Shown here one piece after another: positions 20,085 to 28,978 of a stretch of DNA of 36,186 nt. The translations under genes were made by a program, and so were the position numbers. How positions within the stretch are numbered: the first letter of the stretch is position 1; every line of letters begins with the position of its first letter. The notes beneath the pieces are model-generated. The model made no database searches and was not told the origin of the DNA. It saw only the letters and a list, made by a program, of their open reading frames with translations. This stretch comes from an uncultured Bacilli bacterium (lineage in GTDB: Bacteria > Bacillota_I > Bacilli_A > RF39 > UBA660), in NCBI GenBank assembly GCA_947624635.1, contig CANQLF010000065.1, forward strand, positions 1-36,186, read 5' to 3'.

Positions 20085-20457
20085 GTGATATATATATAGT
20101 TTAATGTATCAAATCACCCATTATTTAAAAGAGATGAAGATGATATATATCTAGAAGTACCAATTACTATAACTGAAGCTATATTAGGTACTAAAAAGAA
20201 GTACCAACATTATATGGTATGTTAATTTAGTAATACCAGCTGGTAGTCAAAGCGAAGATAAACATAGATTAAAAGGTAAGGGAGTAGAAAACACATCTAC
20301 TAGAAGAAAAGGAGATATGTATGTTATTTTAAAAGTTATAACTCCAACTAAATTATCAAGAGAACAAAAGAAACTACTTGAAAGTTTAAGTAAAACAGAT
20401 TTAGATAATTCTGTAGAATTTAAAAAGTATAATGAATATTTAAGAAAAAATAAATAA
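20085..20457 (+). pseudogene. Frameshifted relic of the dnaJ 3' end (C-terminal ~124 codons)
   Basis: Collinear with 18783-19159 down to the stop codon. By hand alignment there are 14 substitutions plus three deletions (2 nt at about 20099/20100, 1 nt in the A run 20193-20197, 1 nt at about 20219) that break the frame. No start or SD. Confidence 0.9.
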
Positions 20458-20596
20458 TAAAAAAGAGATGTTTTAGAATTGTATAATTAATTCGGAAATA
20501 TTTTAAAATTTAAATTATTTTTTCAAATATTATAATGGACTAATTTCATCATTTTTGATAAACTATAATTATAATACTACAAGGAAGTGTTTTAAA

Positions 20597-21475
20597 ATGT
20601 ATTTAGATAATTTTTTAGATTCAATAATAATTGAAAAAAAATTAAGTAAAAATACCTATAATTCATATAAAAATGATTTAAATAAATATATCACTTTCTT
20701 AAATAAAAATAATATACACAATATACATAATATAAAACAAGGTAATATAGAAGAATTTATAAAATATTTGAAAAAAAATGGATTGAGTAATAAAAGTATA
20801 GCTCACAATGTAACTTGTATTAAAGAATACCATAAATATCTAATAAAAGCTGGTCTGATAAAAATTAATGTAAGTGAAAATATATCAGGTCCTAAATTAA
20901 ATAAAACTCTTCCTCATACTTTGTCGATCGAGGAAGTAGATAAACTATTGGATATTCCACTAATAACACCTTTTGATTATAGAAATAAAGCTATGTTAGA
21001 GCTTATGTATGCATCTGGATTAAGAGTAAGTGAATTAGTTAATCTTGATATTAATGATATTAATTTCATTAATCAAACTGTAAGAACTATAGGAAAAGGA
21101 AATAAAGAAAGAATTATACCTTTGGGAGATGTTGCAACATATTATGTTAAACTTTATTTAGAGGAATATAGACCATCTATGTTAAAAGGATATGTATGTG
21201 ATAAATTATTCTTAAACAATCATGGAAAATCTATGACTAGACAAGGTTTCTTTAAAATCCTTAAACAAATTGCTAAAGAAAGAGGAATAAAAACTGATTT
21301 CTCTCCTCATACATTAAGACATTCATTTGCAACTCATTTGCTTGAATATGGTGCAGATTTAAGAAGTATACAAGAATTATTAGGACATCAAGATATATCG
21401 ACTACACAAATATATACCCATATAACCAATACTAAGATTAGAGATGAATATAATAATTGTCATCCAAGAAGTTAG
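20597..21475 (+). CDS. xerD: Tyrosine site-specific recombinase XerD
   Basis: Start at ATG 20597 (MYLDNFLDSIIIEKKLSKNTYNSYKNDL, the SAM-like N-domain) behind AAGGAAG. C-terminal catalytic box HTLRHSFATHLLEYGADLRSIQELLGHQDISTTQIYTH. Confidence 0.86.
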   Translation: MYLDNFLDSIIIEKKLSKNTYNSYKNDLNKYITFLNKNNIHNIHNIKQGNIEEFIKYLKKNGLSNKSIAHNVTCIKEYHKYLIKAGLIKINVSENISGPKLNKTLPHTLSIEEVDKLLDIPLITPFDYRNKAMLELMYASGLRVSELVNLDINDINFINQTVRTIGKGNKERIIPLGDVATYYVKLYLEEYRPSMLKGYVCDKLFLNNHGKSMTRQGFFKILKQIAKERGIKTDFSPHTLRHSFATHLLEYGADLRSIQELLGHQDISTTQIYTHITNTKIRDEYNNCHPRS

Positions 21476-21491
21476 AAAAGAGAGGAACATT

Positions 21492-22865
21492 ATGAAAATA
21501 GTAAATAACATAAATAAAGAATTATTTAGAGAATATGATTTAAGGGGAATTTTTGGCAAGGATATTAATGAAGATGTAAGTTACACCATCGGAAGAAGCT
21601 TTGGTACTTATATAAAAAAAATGGGTGAAGAAAAAACTATAATTGGACATGATAACAGAGAAAGTGGAGCAGATATAACTAATGCTTTAATTAAAGGAAT
21701 ATTAGATTCTGGAATTAATGTAATAAATTTAGGATTAGTTACAACACCTATGTATTATTATGGAAGAATAAAATATAATTTAAATACAGGAATAATGGTA
21801 ACTGCAAGTCATAATCCAAAGGAATATAATGGATTTAAAATTGCTTTTGATAAAAAAAGTAATGCATATGGTAAAATGATCTATGATTTTAGAGATTTTA
21901 CTAATAATTGTAATTTTGATAATGGTAATGGAATATTAGAAAATGTAGACATTACTAATGATTATATAAATTTATTAACATCTAGTATAAATTTAGGTAA
22001 TAAAAAAGTGAAAGCAGTTTTTGATTGTGGTAATGGTACTGCATCTATTATAATCAAAAAAATACTTGATAAATTAAATATTGAATATACACTTTTATAT
22101 TGTGATAGTGATCCAAACTTTCCTAATCACATACCAGATCCTTGTGTTCATAGCAATATGAAAGATTTACAAAATAAGGTTTGTAAATTAAAGTATGATA
22201 TAGGTATAGGAATAGATGGAGATGGAGATAGAGTAGGCATTGTTGATGAATTAGGAAATATTATAAGTATCGACATTTTTATGGCTATAATATATAGAAA
22301 TATATTACCTAATATGAAAACAAAAAAAGCATTATTCGATGTTAAATGCTCAAGAACTTTAACAGATGAACTAGATAAATTAGGACTTGAAAAAGTAATG
22401 AATAGAACTGGTAATTCTTATGCTAAAAAAGAAATGGAAGATGGAAATTTTGATTTTGGCGGTGAATATTCTGGCCATGTATTCTTTAAAGATAAATTTC
22501 CAGGATTTGATGATGGAATATATGCAGCACTCAGAATGATAGAAATATTAAGTAATAATGATAAACCATTAAGCTCATTTTTAGATGGATTAAATAAATA
22601 TTATTCAACAGAAGAATACAGAATTGATGTAGGCGAGGAACATAAATTTGAAATTGCCGATGAAGTAAAAAATTATGCAATAAATAAAGGATACAAAGTT
22701 ATAACAATAGATGGAGTAAGGGTAGAGTTTGAAGATGGCTGGGCACTTATTAGAGCTAGTAATACTGGCCCAATAATTTCAGCTAGGTTTGAAGCTAAAA
22801 CTAAAAGTAGATTAGATACTATAGAAAATGAATTTATGAATATTTTAAAAAAGACAGCTAATTAA
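21492..22865 (+). CDS. Alpha-D-phosphohexomutase family enzyme (phosphomannomutase/phosphoglucomutase)
   Basis: Active-site loop GIMVTASHNPKEYNGFK, metal loop GIGIDGDGDRVGIVD, sugar loop GGEYSGH. Start at ATG 21492 behind AGAGAGG. Confidence 0.85.
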   Translation: MKIVNNINKELFREYDLRGIFGKDINEDVSYTIGRSFGTYIKKMGEEKTIIGHDNRESGADITNALIKGILDSGINVINLGLVTTPMYYYGRIKYNLNTGIMVTASHNPKEYNGFKIAFDKKSNAYGKMIYDFRDFTNNCNFDNGNGILENVDITNDYINLLTSSINLGNKKVKAVFDCGNGTASIIIKKILDKLNIEYTLLYCDSDPNFPNHIPDPCVHSNMKDLQNKVCKLKYDIGIGIDGDGDRVGIVDELGNIISIDIFMAIIYRNILPNMKTKKALFDVKCSRTLTDELDKLGLEKVMNRTGNSYAKKEMEDGNFDFGGEYSGHVFFKDKFPGFDDGIYAALRMIEILSNNDKPLSSFLDGLNKYYSTEEYRIDVGEEHKFEIADEVKNYAINKGYKVITIDGVRVEFEDGWALIRASNTGPIISARFEAKTKSRLDTIENEFMNILKKTAN

Positions 22866-22879
22866 ACTGTCCTTTTATT

Positions 22880-24022
22880 TTACTTTAAATCCAAAATATA
22901 TAACGGATTAATTTTCTTTATTAAATCGGTATCTACACAATTCTTTTTAGTTTTTTCATCCAAATTAATATTAAAATCTATAAAAGCTAAAACCATATCA
23001 TATATAAAATTTGGATCTGTATTAAATCTTTCTATTATATTTTTATCATCATTAGTCATTAAAAAAACTAAATTTGTTATTTCATTAAAAAAATCATCAT
23101 AATTATTAATAATATTAAATTCATTTTTAATATTTAAAGATTTTAATCTCAAATAATCAGTAATAATAACTAAGCATGCATAATTTTTATCAAATATATT
23201 TTCAATATTTTTACCATTTAAAATTTCACTATAGATTTTATTAAAAACATTGTTGTTTTTCTTACTCATTAAATAAGAACATAAAATAGCTGCGGAATCA
23301 TCTTTTGTATAACCTAAATTATTAATATTATAGTTATACATATTTATAAGTGTTTCACGAATTATATCATTAATTGTTTTAACTGAACAATTTTCGTCTT
23401 TAATAATTTTATCTTGCTTTTTAGTCACTACATCTGCAAACATTATTTCATAAATATCAGTAACATATATGCAAAATTCATTATCTTTAACATACTTTTT
23501 AATAAACTCTTCATAATTACAATTTTTACAAAAAGATACATATTTTTCTCCGTAAATATCTATAATTTTTTTGTCTCTTGAATATTTAATGCTTGCATTC
23601 ATTAATATTTTAAGAATATCTTCTCTTTGATTATTATTAAATTCACTTGAAAAAATTAAATTACGAAATTCATAAGGTATATATATATCCATTAATTCAT
23701 CGGGAATTTCTATTTCAAATAATTGATCTTCATCATAATCGTTGATCTGATTAATTAGATCTTCCATGTCTTCGTATTCAATAAAATAAGGTTCTTCTTC
23801 ATCTTCATCTAATTCTTTTTCTTCATCTTCGTTTTCATATTCATTCTCATCATCTTCATCTATTTCATTATAATATATTGGATTTATTTTAAAAATAACC
23901 TCATCTGACCAGTACTCATTTAAGAAATTAATTGTTTCTTCGGCATCACATTCTATAATATCACTGCATATTGTTGTATAATATTCATCCAATAAATATA
24001 GTAATTCAATAAAATTATCCAT
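22880..24022 (-). CDS. Hypothetical cytoplasmic protein with a strongly acidic N-terminal third
   Basis: 380 aa with an AGGGGGA SD. Contains D/E runs (NEIDEDDENEYENEDEEKELDEDEEEPYFIEYEDMEDL), no signal peptide or TM helix, and no motif I recognise. Confidence 0.62.
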   Translation of the reverse strand: MDNFIELLYLLDEYYTTICSDIIECDAEETINFLNEYWSDEVIFKINPIYYNEIDEDDENEYENEDEEKELDEDEEEPYFIEYEDMEDLINQINDYDEDQLFEIEIPDELMDIYIPYEFRNLIFSSEFNNNQREDILKILMNASIKYSRDKKIIDIYGEKYVSFCKNCNYEEFIKKYVKDNEFCIYVTDIYEIMFADVVTKKQDKIIKDENCSVKTINDIIRETLINMYNYNINNLGYTKDDSAAILCSYLMSKKNNNVFNKIYSEILNGKNIENIFDKNYACLVIITDYLRLKSLNIKNEFNIINNYDDFFNEITNLVFLMTNDDKNIIERFNTDPNFIYDMVLAFIDFNINLDEKTKKNCVDTDLIKKINPLYILDLK

Positions 24023-24052
24023 ACTTATTCCCCCTAAAAATAAATTATATCT

Positions 24053-24081
24053 ATTATAATCATTAATGAATTATGTGTAAA
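24053..24081 (-). promoter_or_regulatory. Candidate sigma-A promoter of the 380-aa ORF
   Basis: On the minus strand: TTTACA (24081-24076), 17 nt, TATAAT (24058-24053). Confidence 0.45.
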
Positions 24082-24095
24082 TAATTTTTATAAAA

Positions 24096-24827
24096 TTAAT
24101 TAATTTTTTTAGCTACAACAACCATTCTTCCATTTGTAACAGAATACTCACAAGTTGATAGTGTTAATAATTTGTCAGGATATGATACACTTTCGTTCAT
24201 TTTGTAAAGACTTAATCTTTTAATATTATCTATATATTTTTTATATTCATCTTTATTATTTGTATTATAAAAAGTGTAATATTTAAATACATTGTCATCA
24301 TCATTATAAATTTTACTTTTAAATACTGCAATGATAACATATTCTTCTTTTTCATTTAAAGTATAAAAACTTATTTTTTTATGTTCATTATAAAACTTCT
24401 CATCTTTATAATTAATTAAATCATGAAACATTGTTTTATTTTTCATGTTGTGTCCATGAATAATAATATTAATATCACGTGGTTTTATAATATTATTTTT
24501 ATCTATAAATAATGAACCTGCATTAAAATGTTTTTTATAAAAATCTTTATATAAGTAGTAATCTAATCCATAAGTATACATTACAGGATAATCTATATTT
24601 GTTCCATCAATTTGTAACCAAGCAACTAAATCATTATTTTCATCATGTAATTTATTAATTTCTAAAACTTTGGGATTTATATTATTTTCTTTTTTCTCAT
24701 TAACTATTAATTTTGGTTGATGGATATTTATATTTTGATATAGAATATATATCAATAATAATAACACTGACAAGAAAAAAACACTAATTGAAAATAATAA
24801 CTTTTTATTATATATAATTTTTTTCAT
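24096..24827 (-). CDS. srtB: Class B sortase
   Basis: N-terminal membrane anchor, DLVAWLQIDGTNIDYPVMYT..DYYLYKD, IIHGHNMKN (catalytic His), LLTLSTCEY (TLxTC catalytic Cys), and a C-terminal Arg region (NGRMVVVAK). Confidence 0.87.
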   Translation of the reverse strand: MKKIIYNKKLLFSISVFFLSVLLLLIYILYQNINIHQPKLIVNEKKENNINPKVLEINKLHDENNDLVAWLQIDGTNIDYPVMYTYGLDYYLYKDFYKKHFNAGSLFIDKNNIIKPRDINIIIHGHNMKNKTMFHDLINYKDEKFYNEHKKISFYTLNEKEEYVIIAVFKSKIYNDDDNVFKYYTFYNTNNKDEYKKYIDNIKRLSLYKMNESVSYPDKLLTLSTCEYSVTNGRMVVVAKKIN

Positions 24828-24846
24828 TTAATCACCTTTATATTAA

Positions 24847-24870
24847 GAAAATAGGATAAATCCTATTTTC
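24847..24870 (-). terminator. Intercistronic hairpin between the substrate gene and srtB (attenuator/partial terminator)
   Basis: Perfect 10-bp stem gaaaatagga / tcctattttc with a 4-nt loop, overlapping the substrate stop codon and followed by a T-rich stretch on the minus strand. Confidence 0.45.
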
Positions 24871-25531
24871 TATATAATTTTAAAGAATAAGAAGCACTGA
24901 TTCCAATGATACTTAGTATACCAAAAAGTACGTAAGGGATAGATTCACCTGTTTTAGGTACAGTAGTAACTTCCTTATATTTGTTTACATCTGCCGGAGT
25001 CCATAGAGTTAATCCATTTTCTGTCAAAGTAACTTTTGATGGTTCAACTATGGCTATTACAGTTTGTTCATATTCACCATTATTATCCCAGTCAAATTCA
25101 TATACATATTGTATATTTTTATTTTGTTTAATTGCAGTAATTAATTTATCTTTATTAATACCAAAATAATAATCACCATCAGTATATTCTTCAGATTCTC
25201 CTTCATTTACTCTATATTTAGCTTTTCCACTGCTTGCTGTAACTCCAGTTGGTTTATCAATATGAAAACCAAGCCAAGCATATCCAGCTGGTCTATTTCC
25301 ATTTGAAGAATCTGTTCCTTCAAGAATTTTAAGACCTACAGTAGAGTATGTAATAACTACTTTACTAGTTTCATTTCCAGTAATTGTTGGATTATCGCTA
25401 CCTTCTTTATTTGATGAGTCTGTATTTTTAATATCTGTTACTTTACCATATGTTGTTCCTGCATAAATATTTGGTATAAACATAATACAAGCTAAAAATA
25501 AAGTTATAATTATACTAAATCTTTTTTTCAC
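24863..25531 (-). CDS. Cell-wall-anchored surface protein (sortase substrate, PKTG sorting signal)
   Basis: Signal peptide MKKRFSIIITLFLACIMFIPNIYA. C-terminal sorting signal VPKTG followed by a hydrophobic stretch and a KLYRK tail. Immediately upstream of srtB. Confidence 0.8.
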   Translation of the reverse strand: MKKRFSIIITLFLACIMFIPNIYAGTTYGKVTDIKNTDSSNKEGSDNPTITGNETSKVVITYSTVGLKILEGTDSSNGNRPAGYAWLGFHIDKPTGVTASSGKAKYRVNEGESEEYTDGDYYFGINKDKLITAIKQNKNIQYVYEFDWDNNGEYEQTVIAIVEPSKVTLTENGLTLWTPADVNKYKEVTTVPKTGESIPYVLFGILSIIGISASYSLKLYRK

Positions 25532-25552
25532 TTAATTCACCTCAATTCATAT

Positions 25553-25572
25553 CGAATATAAATATATATTCG
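25553..25572. promoter_or_regulatory. 20-bp palindrome in the divergent intergenic region (possible operator)
   Basis: CGAATATA-aata-TATATTCG, perfect 8-bp arms, located about 20 nt upstream of the surface-protein start codon. Confidence 0.3.
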
Positions 25573-25650
25573 CATTATTATTATGTCCAATAATATTTAA
25601 AAAAATTATAAAAATTAAACTAAATACATATAATTTTTTAGGTGAATAAA

Positions 25651-26535
25651 ATGAAGAGTGTAATTAAATATATTGGAATAATAGTTCTTATTTTATTTAG
25701 CTTTTTCTATACTGAAAAAGCTGTAACAACTATTAAAAAACAAGATCCATTAATGGAAGAAATAGAAAATTTAAAAGATGAATATGATGTGGATGCGACT
25801 AATGCTAAAATAGATGAAAATAAAATAATTCCTGGAATAATTGGCTGTGAAGTAGATATAGAAAAAAGTTATTATAATTTAAAAAGGTTAGGAAAATTTA
25901 ATTCAGGATTGTTATCATATAAAGTAGTAAAACCAAATATATCAATAGAAAACAATTATGATAAATATATAATTAGTGGAAATAAAACTAAAAAAACAGT
26001 AACATTAATTTTTAAAGTAAAAAGCGGCGCAAAAATTGATAATATCGTAAATATTCTAAATAGAAAGAATATAAAAGCAACTTTTTTTATAGAAGGAAAA
26101 TTTATAGAAGAAAATATGGGAATGGTACAAAATTTAATAAGTGATAAACATGAAATATTAAATTATGGATATAATAATGGGTATGATAAAGATTTACTTG
26201 TATGGAATAATAATTTAATTGAATTATTAAATTATAGTAATCCTAAATTTTGTTATTTGGAGAAAGAAGATATAAATACACTTAATTTGTGTAGTCAAAA
26301 TAAAATGAAAACAGTAATTCCTAATTTAATAATTAAAACTAATCCATTAATTGAAGTCAAAAAAAATGTAAGTTATGGTAGTTTAATTTCGTTTGATGTA
26401 ATAGATAGTACAAATAAAGAACTAAATTTAGTTATAAATTATTTACAAAGTAAGGGCTACAAAATAGATATACTTAGTAATCATGTAGAAGAAAGTCTAA
26501 ATAAAAGTTGTAAAAATGTTAGATTAAGTGATTAA
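25651..26535 (+). CDS. Membrane-anchored polysaccharide-deacetylase-like protein (PdaB/YlxY-like, catalytic motifs degenerate)
   Basis: N-terminal TM helix, then KKTVTLIFKVKSGAKIDNIVNILNRKNIKATFFIEGKFIEEN..DKHEILNYGY, collinear with the NodB-domain layout of Bacillus PdaB as I recall it but lacking the TFDD-type Asp pair. Start at ATG 25651 behind AGGTGA. Confidence 0.55.
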   Translation: MKSVIKYIGIIVLILFSFFYTEKAVTTIKKQDPLMEEIENLKDEYDVDATNAKIDENKIIPGIIGCEVDIEKSYYNLKRLGKFNSGLLSYKVVKPNISIENNYDKYIISGNKTKKTVTLIFKVKSGAKIDNIVNILNRKNIKATFFIEGKFIEENMGMVQNLISDKHEILNYGYNNGYDKDLLVWNNNLIELLNYSNPKFCYLEKEDINTLNLCSQNKMKTVIPNLIIKTNPLIEVKKNVSYGSLISFDVIDSTNKELNLVINYLQSKGYKIDILSNHVEESLNKSCKNVRLSD

Positions 26536-26553
26536 ATATTCCAAAATATTCCA
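26534..26553 (+). repeat. Perfect tandem 10-bp direct repeat upstream of clpC
   Basis: aaatattcca aaatattcca, 40 nt upstream of the clpC start codon and just upstream of a TAGAAT -10-like hexamer (26565-26570). Confidence 0.6.
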
Positions 26554-26592
26554 TCATATGAATATAGAATAATATCAAGAAAGGAGAATATT

Positions 26593-28911
26593 ATGTTTTC
26601 AAAATTTGATGAATCTAGTCAAAAGATTTTGACAATTGCTAAAAAAGAAATGATGGATTTAAATCATCCTTATGTTGGTACTGAACACTTAGTTTTATCT
26701 ATTTTAAAAGAGGATAATCCAATATCAAAAAAACTTAAAAACTATAATTTGAATTATGATTTATTTAAAAGTGAGATAATTAGAATTATAGGAAAAGGTA
26801 GTAAAAAAAGTGAATGGTTTTTATATACTCCTCTTCTAAAGAGAGTTTTGGAAAATGCTATATTAGATAGTAAGGAAAATAATGATGGAGAAGTATGTGT
26901 AGAACATCTTTTTTCTGCACTTTTAGAAGAAGGAGAAGGTATTGCAATTAGAATATTTATATCTATGGGTATAGATATAGATGAACTATATAAGGAGTTT
27001 TCTAAAAAAATAGTTAAATCTAATAAAGGGAAAAAAAGTAAAAAATTATTGCTTAATGAACTTGGTACAGACTTAACTCTTTTAGCAAAAAATAAAAGTT
27101 TAGATCCAGTAATTGGAAGAGATAAAGAAATAAAAAGAGTAGTAGAAATACTTTCTAGAAGAACAAAAAACAATCCAGTATTAGTTGGGGTTGCTGGTGT
27201 TGGTAAAACTGCAATAGTAGAGGGACTTGCAACTTTAATTGTAAATAATGATGTGCCAGAAAATTTAAAAAATAAAAGAATAATATCATTAGATATGGCA
27301 AGCACTGTTGCAGGAACAAAATATAGAGGTGAATTTGAAGAAAGAGTAAGAAAAATATTAAAAGAATTAGAAGAAAATCCAGATATAATATTATTTATAG
27401 ATGAAATTCACACAATAGTAGGTGCAGGTGGAGCTGAAGGCGCAATTGATGCATCTAATATATTTAAACCTGCATTAGCTAGAGGAAAAATAAGGTGTAT
27501 AGGTGCAACTACAATTAATGAATATAAAAAATCGATTGAAACAGATAGTGCTTTGGAAAGAAGATTTCAGAAAGTAAATGTTGAAGTTCCAAATAAAACT
27601 GACGTTAAAAATATTTTGTTAAATTTAAAAGAAATATATGAATCATATCATGGTGTAAAAATAAGTGAAGAAGTAATAGAAGATATAATAAATTTATCAG
27701 ATAAATATATATATGATAGATATGAGCCAGATAGGTCAATAGACATATTAGATGAAGTATGTGCGAAAGTAAGTATAAAAGAAACTAAGGAAATAACTAA
27801 AGTAAAATTATTAGAAAAAGAATTATCAAATGTGATAAAAGAGAAAAATAATTTTATTTTAGATCAAAATTATGAGGAAGCATCAAATTATAAAGAAAAA
27901 GAATATAATTTAAATAGTAAAATAAATAGTATTAGAATGAAATTAATTTCTAAACCAACAATAAAAAAAGTTACTAGAAAAGATATATTAGATATAATAA
28001 GTTCAAAATCTAAAATACCCGTATATGAAATGAGTAATGATATTAATAATGAATTTATTAAATTAGAAAAATATTTAAAAGAAAAAATAATAGGTCAAGA
28101 TAATGCAATTGATAGTTTAATACAGATAACAAAAAAAATGAAACTAGGACTTAAAGAGGAGAAAAAACCAATTTCACTTTTATTTATTGGACCTACTGGT
28201 GTAGGTAAAACAGACCTAGTTAAAAATTATACAAAAAAATTATATGGTATTGATAATTTAATAAGACTTGATATGAGTGAATATACACTAGATCATTCAA
28301 TTAATAAAATAGTAGGATCTTCACCTGGATATGTAGGCTATGAAGACAATAAAAATATACTTGAAGAAGTAAGAAATAAGCCATATTCAGTAATACTTTT
28401 AGATGAAATAGAAAAAGCCAGCCATAATGTTTTAAATTTATTTTTACAAATATTGGATGAAGGCTTTATTAAAGATTCAAAAGGTAATATTATAAGATTC
28501 GATAATACAGTCATTATAATGACATCAAATATTGGACAAGAGAAAATAAATGTAGGTTTTAATAGTGAAAAAAATAATATTAATTTGAAAGAATATTTAA
28601 GCCCTGAATTTATAAATAGAATAGATAAAATAATTAATTTTAAAAAATTGAGTATAGAAGATGTAAAAAATATTGTAAATATTAATTTAAATAAATTAAA
28701 AATTAAATATAAAAATAAAGGAATAAATTTATCTTTTAGTAAAAAAATTATTCCAGATATAGTAAAATTATCTAATTACGAAGAATATGGTGCTAGACAA
28801 ATAAAAAAAGTAATTAAGGAAAAAGTAGAAGTATTGATAATTGATGACGTTCTACTAGGAAAAGATAAAATTATAATAGATAGCATTGAAAATAAATTAA
28901 TTAATTCATAA
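26593..28911 (+). CDS. clpC: ATP-dependent Clp protease ATP-binding subunit ClpC
   Basis: Clp_N repeat (VGTEHLVLSIL / VCVEHLFSALL), Walker A1 GVAGVGKTAIVEGLA, a UVR-like linker (NYEEASNYKEKE), Walker A2 GPTGVGKTDL, and a second AAA module. Confidence 0.9.
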   Translation: MFSKFDESSQKILTIAKKEMMDLNHPYVGTEHLVLSILKEDNPISKKLKNYNLNYDLFKSEIIRIIGKGSKKSEWFLYTPLLKRVLENAILDSKENNDGEVCVEHLFSALLEEGEGIAIRIFISMGIDIDELYKEFSKKIVKSNKGKKSKKLLLNELGTDLTLLAKNKSLDPVIGRDKEIKRVVEILSRRTKNNPVLVGVAGVGKTAIVEGLATLIVNNDVPENLKNKRIISLDMASTVAGTKYRGEFEERVRKILKELEENPDIILFIDEIHTIVGAGGAEGAIDASNIFKPALARGKIRCIGATTINEYKKSIETDSALERRFQKVNVEVPNKTDVKNILLNLKEIYESYHGVKISEEVIEDIINLSDKYIYDRYEPDRSIDILDEVCAKVSIKETKEITKVKLLEKELSNVIKEKNNFILDQNYEEASNYKEKEYNLNSKINSIRMKLISKPTIKKVTRKDILDIISSKSKIPVYEMSNDINNEFIKLEKYLKEKIIGQDNAIDSLIQITKKMKLGLKEEKKPISLLFIGPTGVGKTDLVKNYTKKLYGIDNLIRLDMSEYTLDHSINKIVGSSPGYVGYEDNKNILEEVRNKPYSVILLDEIEKASHNVLNLFLQILDEGFIKDSKGNIIRFDNTVIIMTSNIGQEKINVGFNSEKNNINLKEYLSPEFINRIDKIINFKKLSIEDVKNIVNINLNKLKIKYKNKGINLSFSKKIIPDIVKLSNYEEYGARQIKKVIKEKVEVLIIDDVLLGKDKIIIDSIENKLINS

Positions 28912-28940
28912 AAACAAAATACATTATTGTATTTTGTTTT
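28911..28940 (+). terminator. Rho-independent terminator after clpC
   Basis: Perfect 13-bp stem aaaacaaaataca / tgtattttgtttt, loop ttat. Confidence 0.72.
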
Positions 28941-28978
28941 AACTTATTATATAATCAATATAGAAAATAGGTGAAGTT

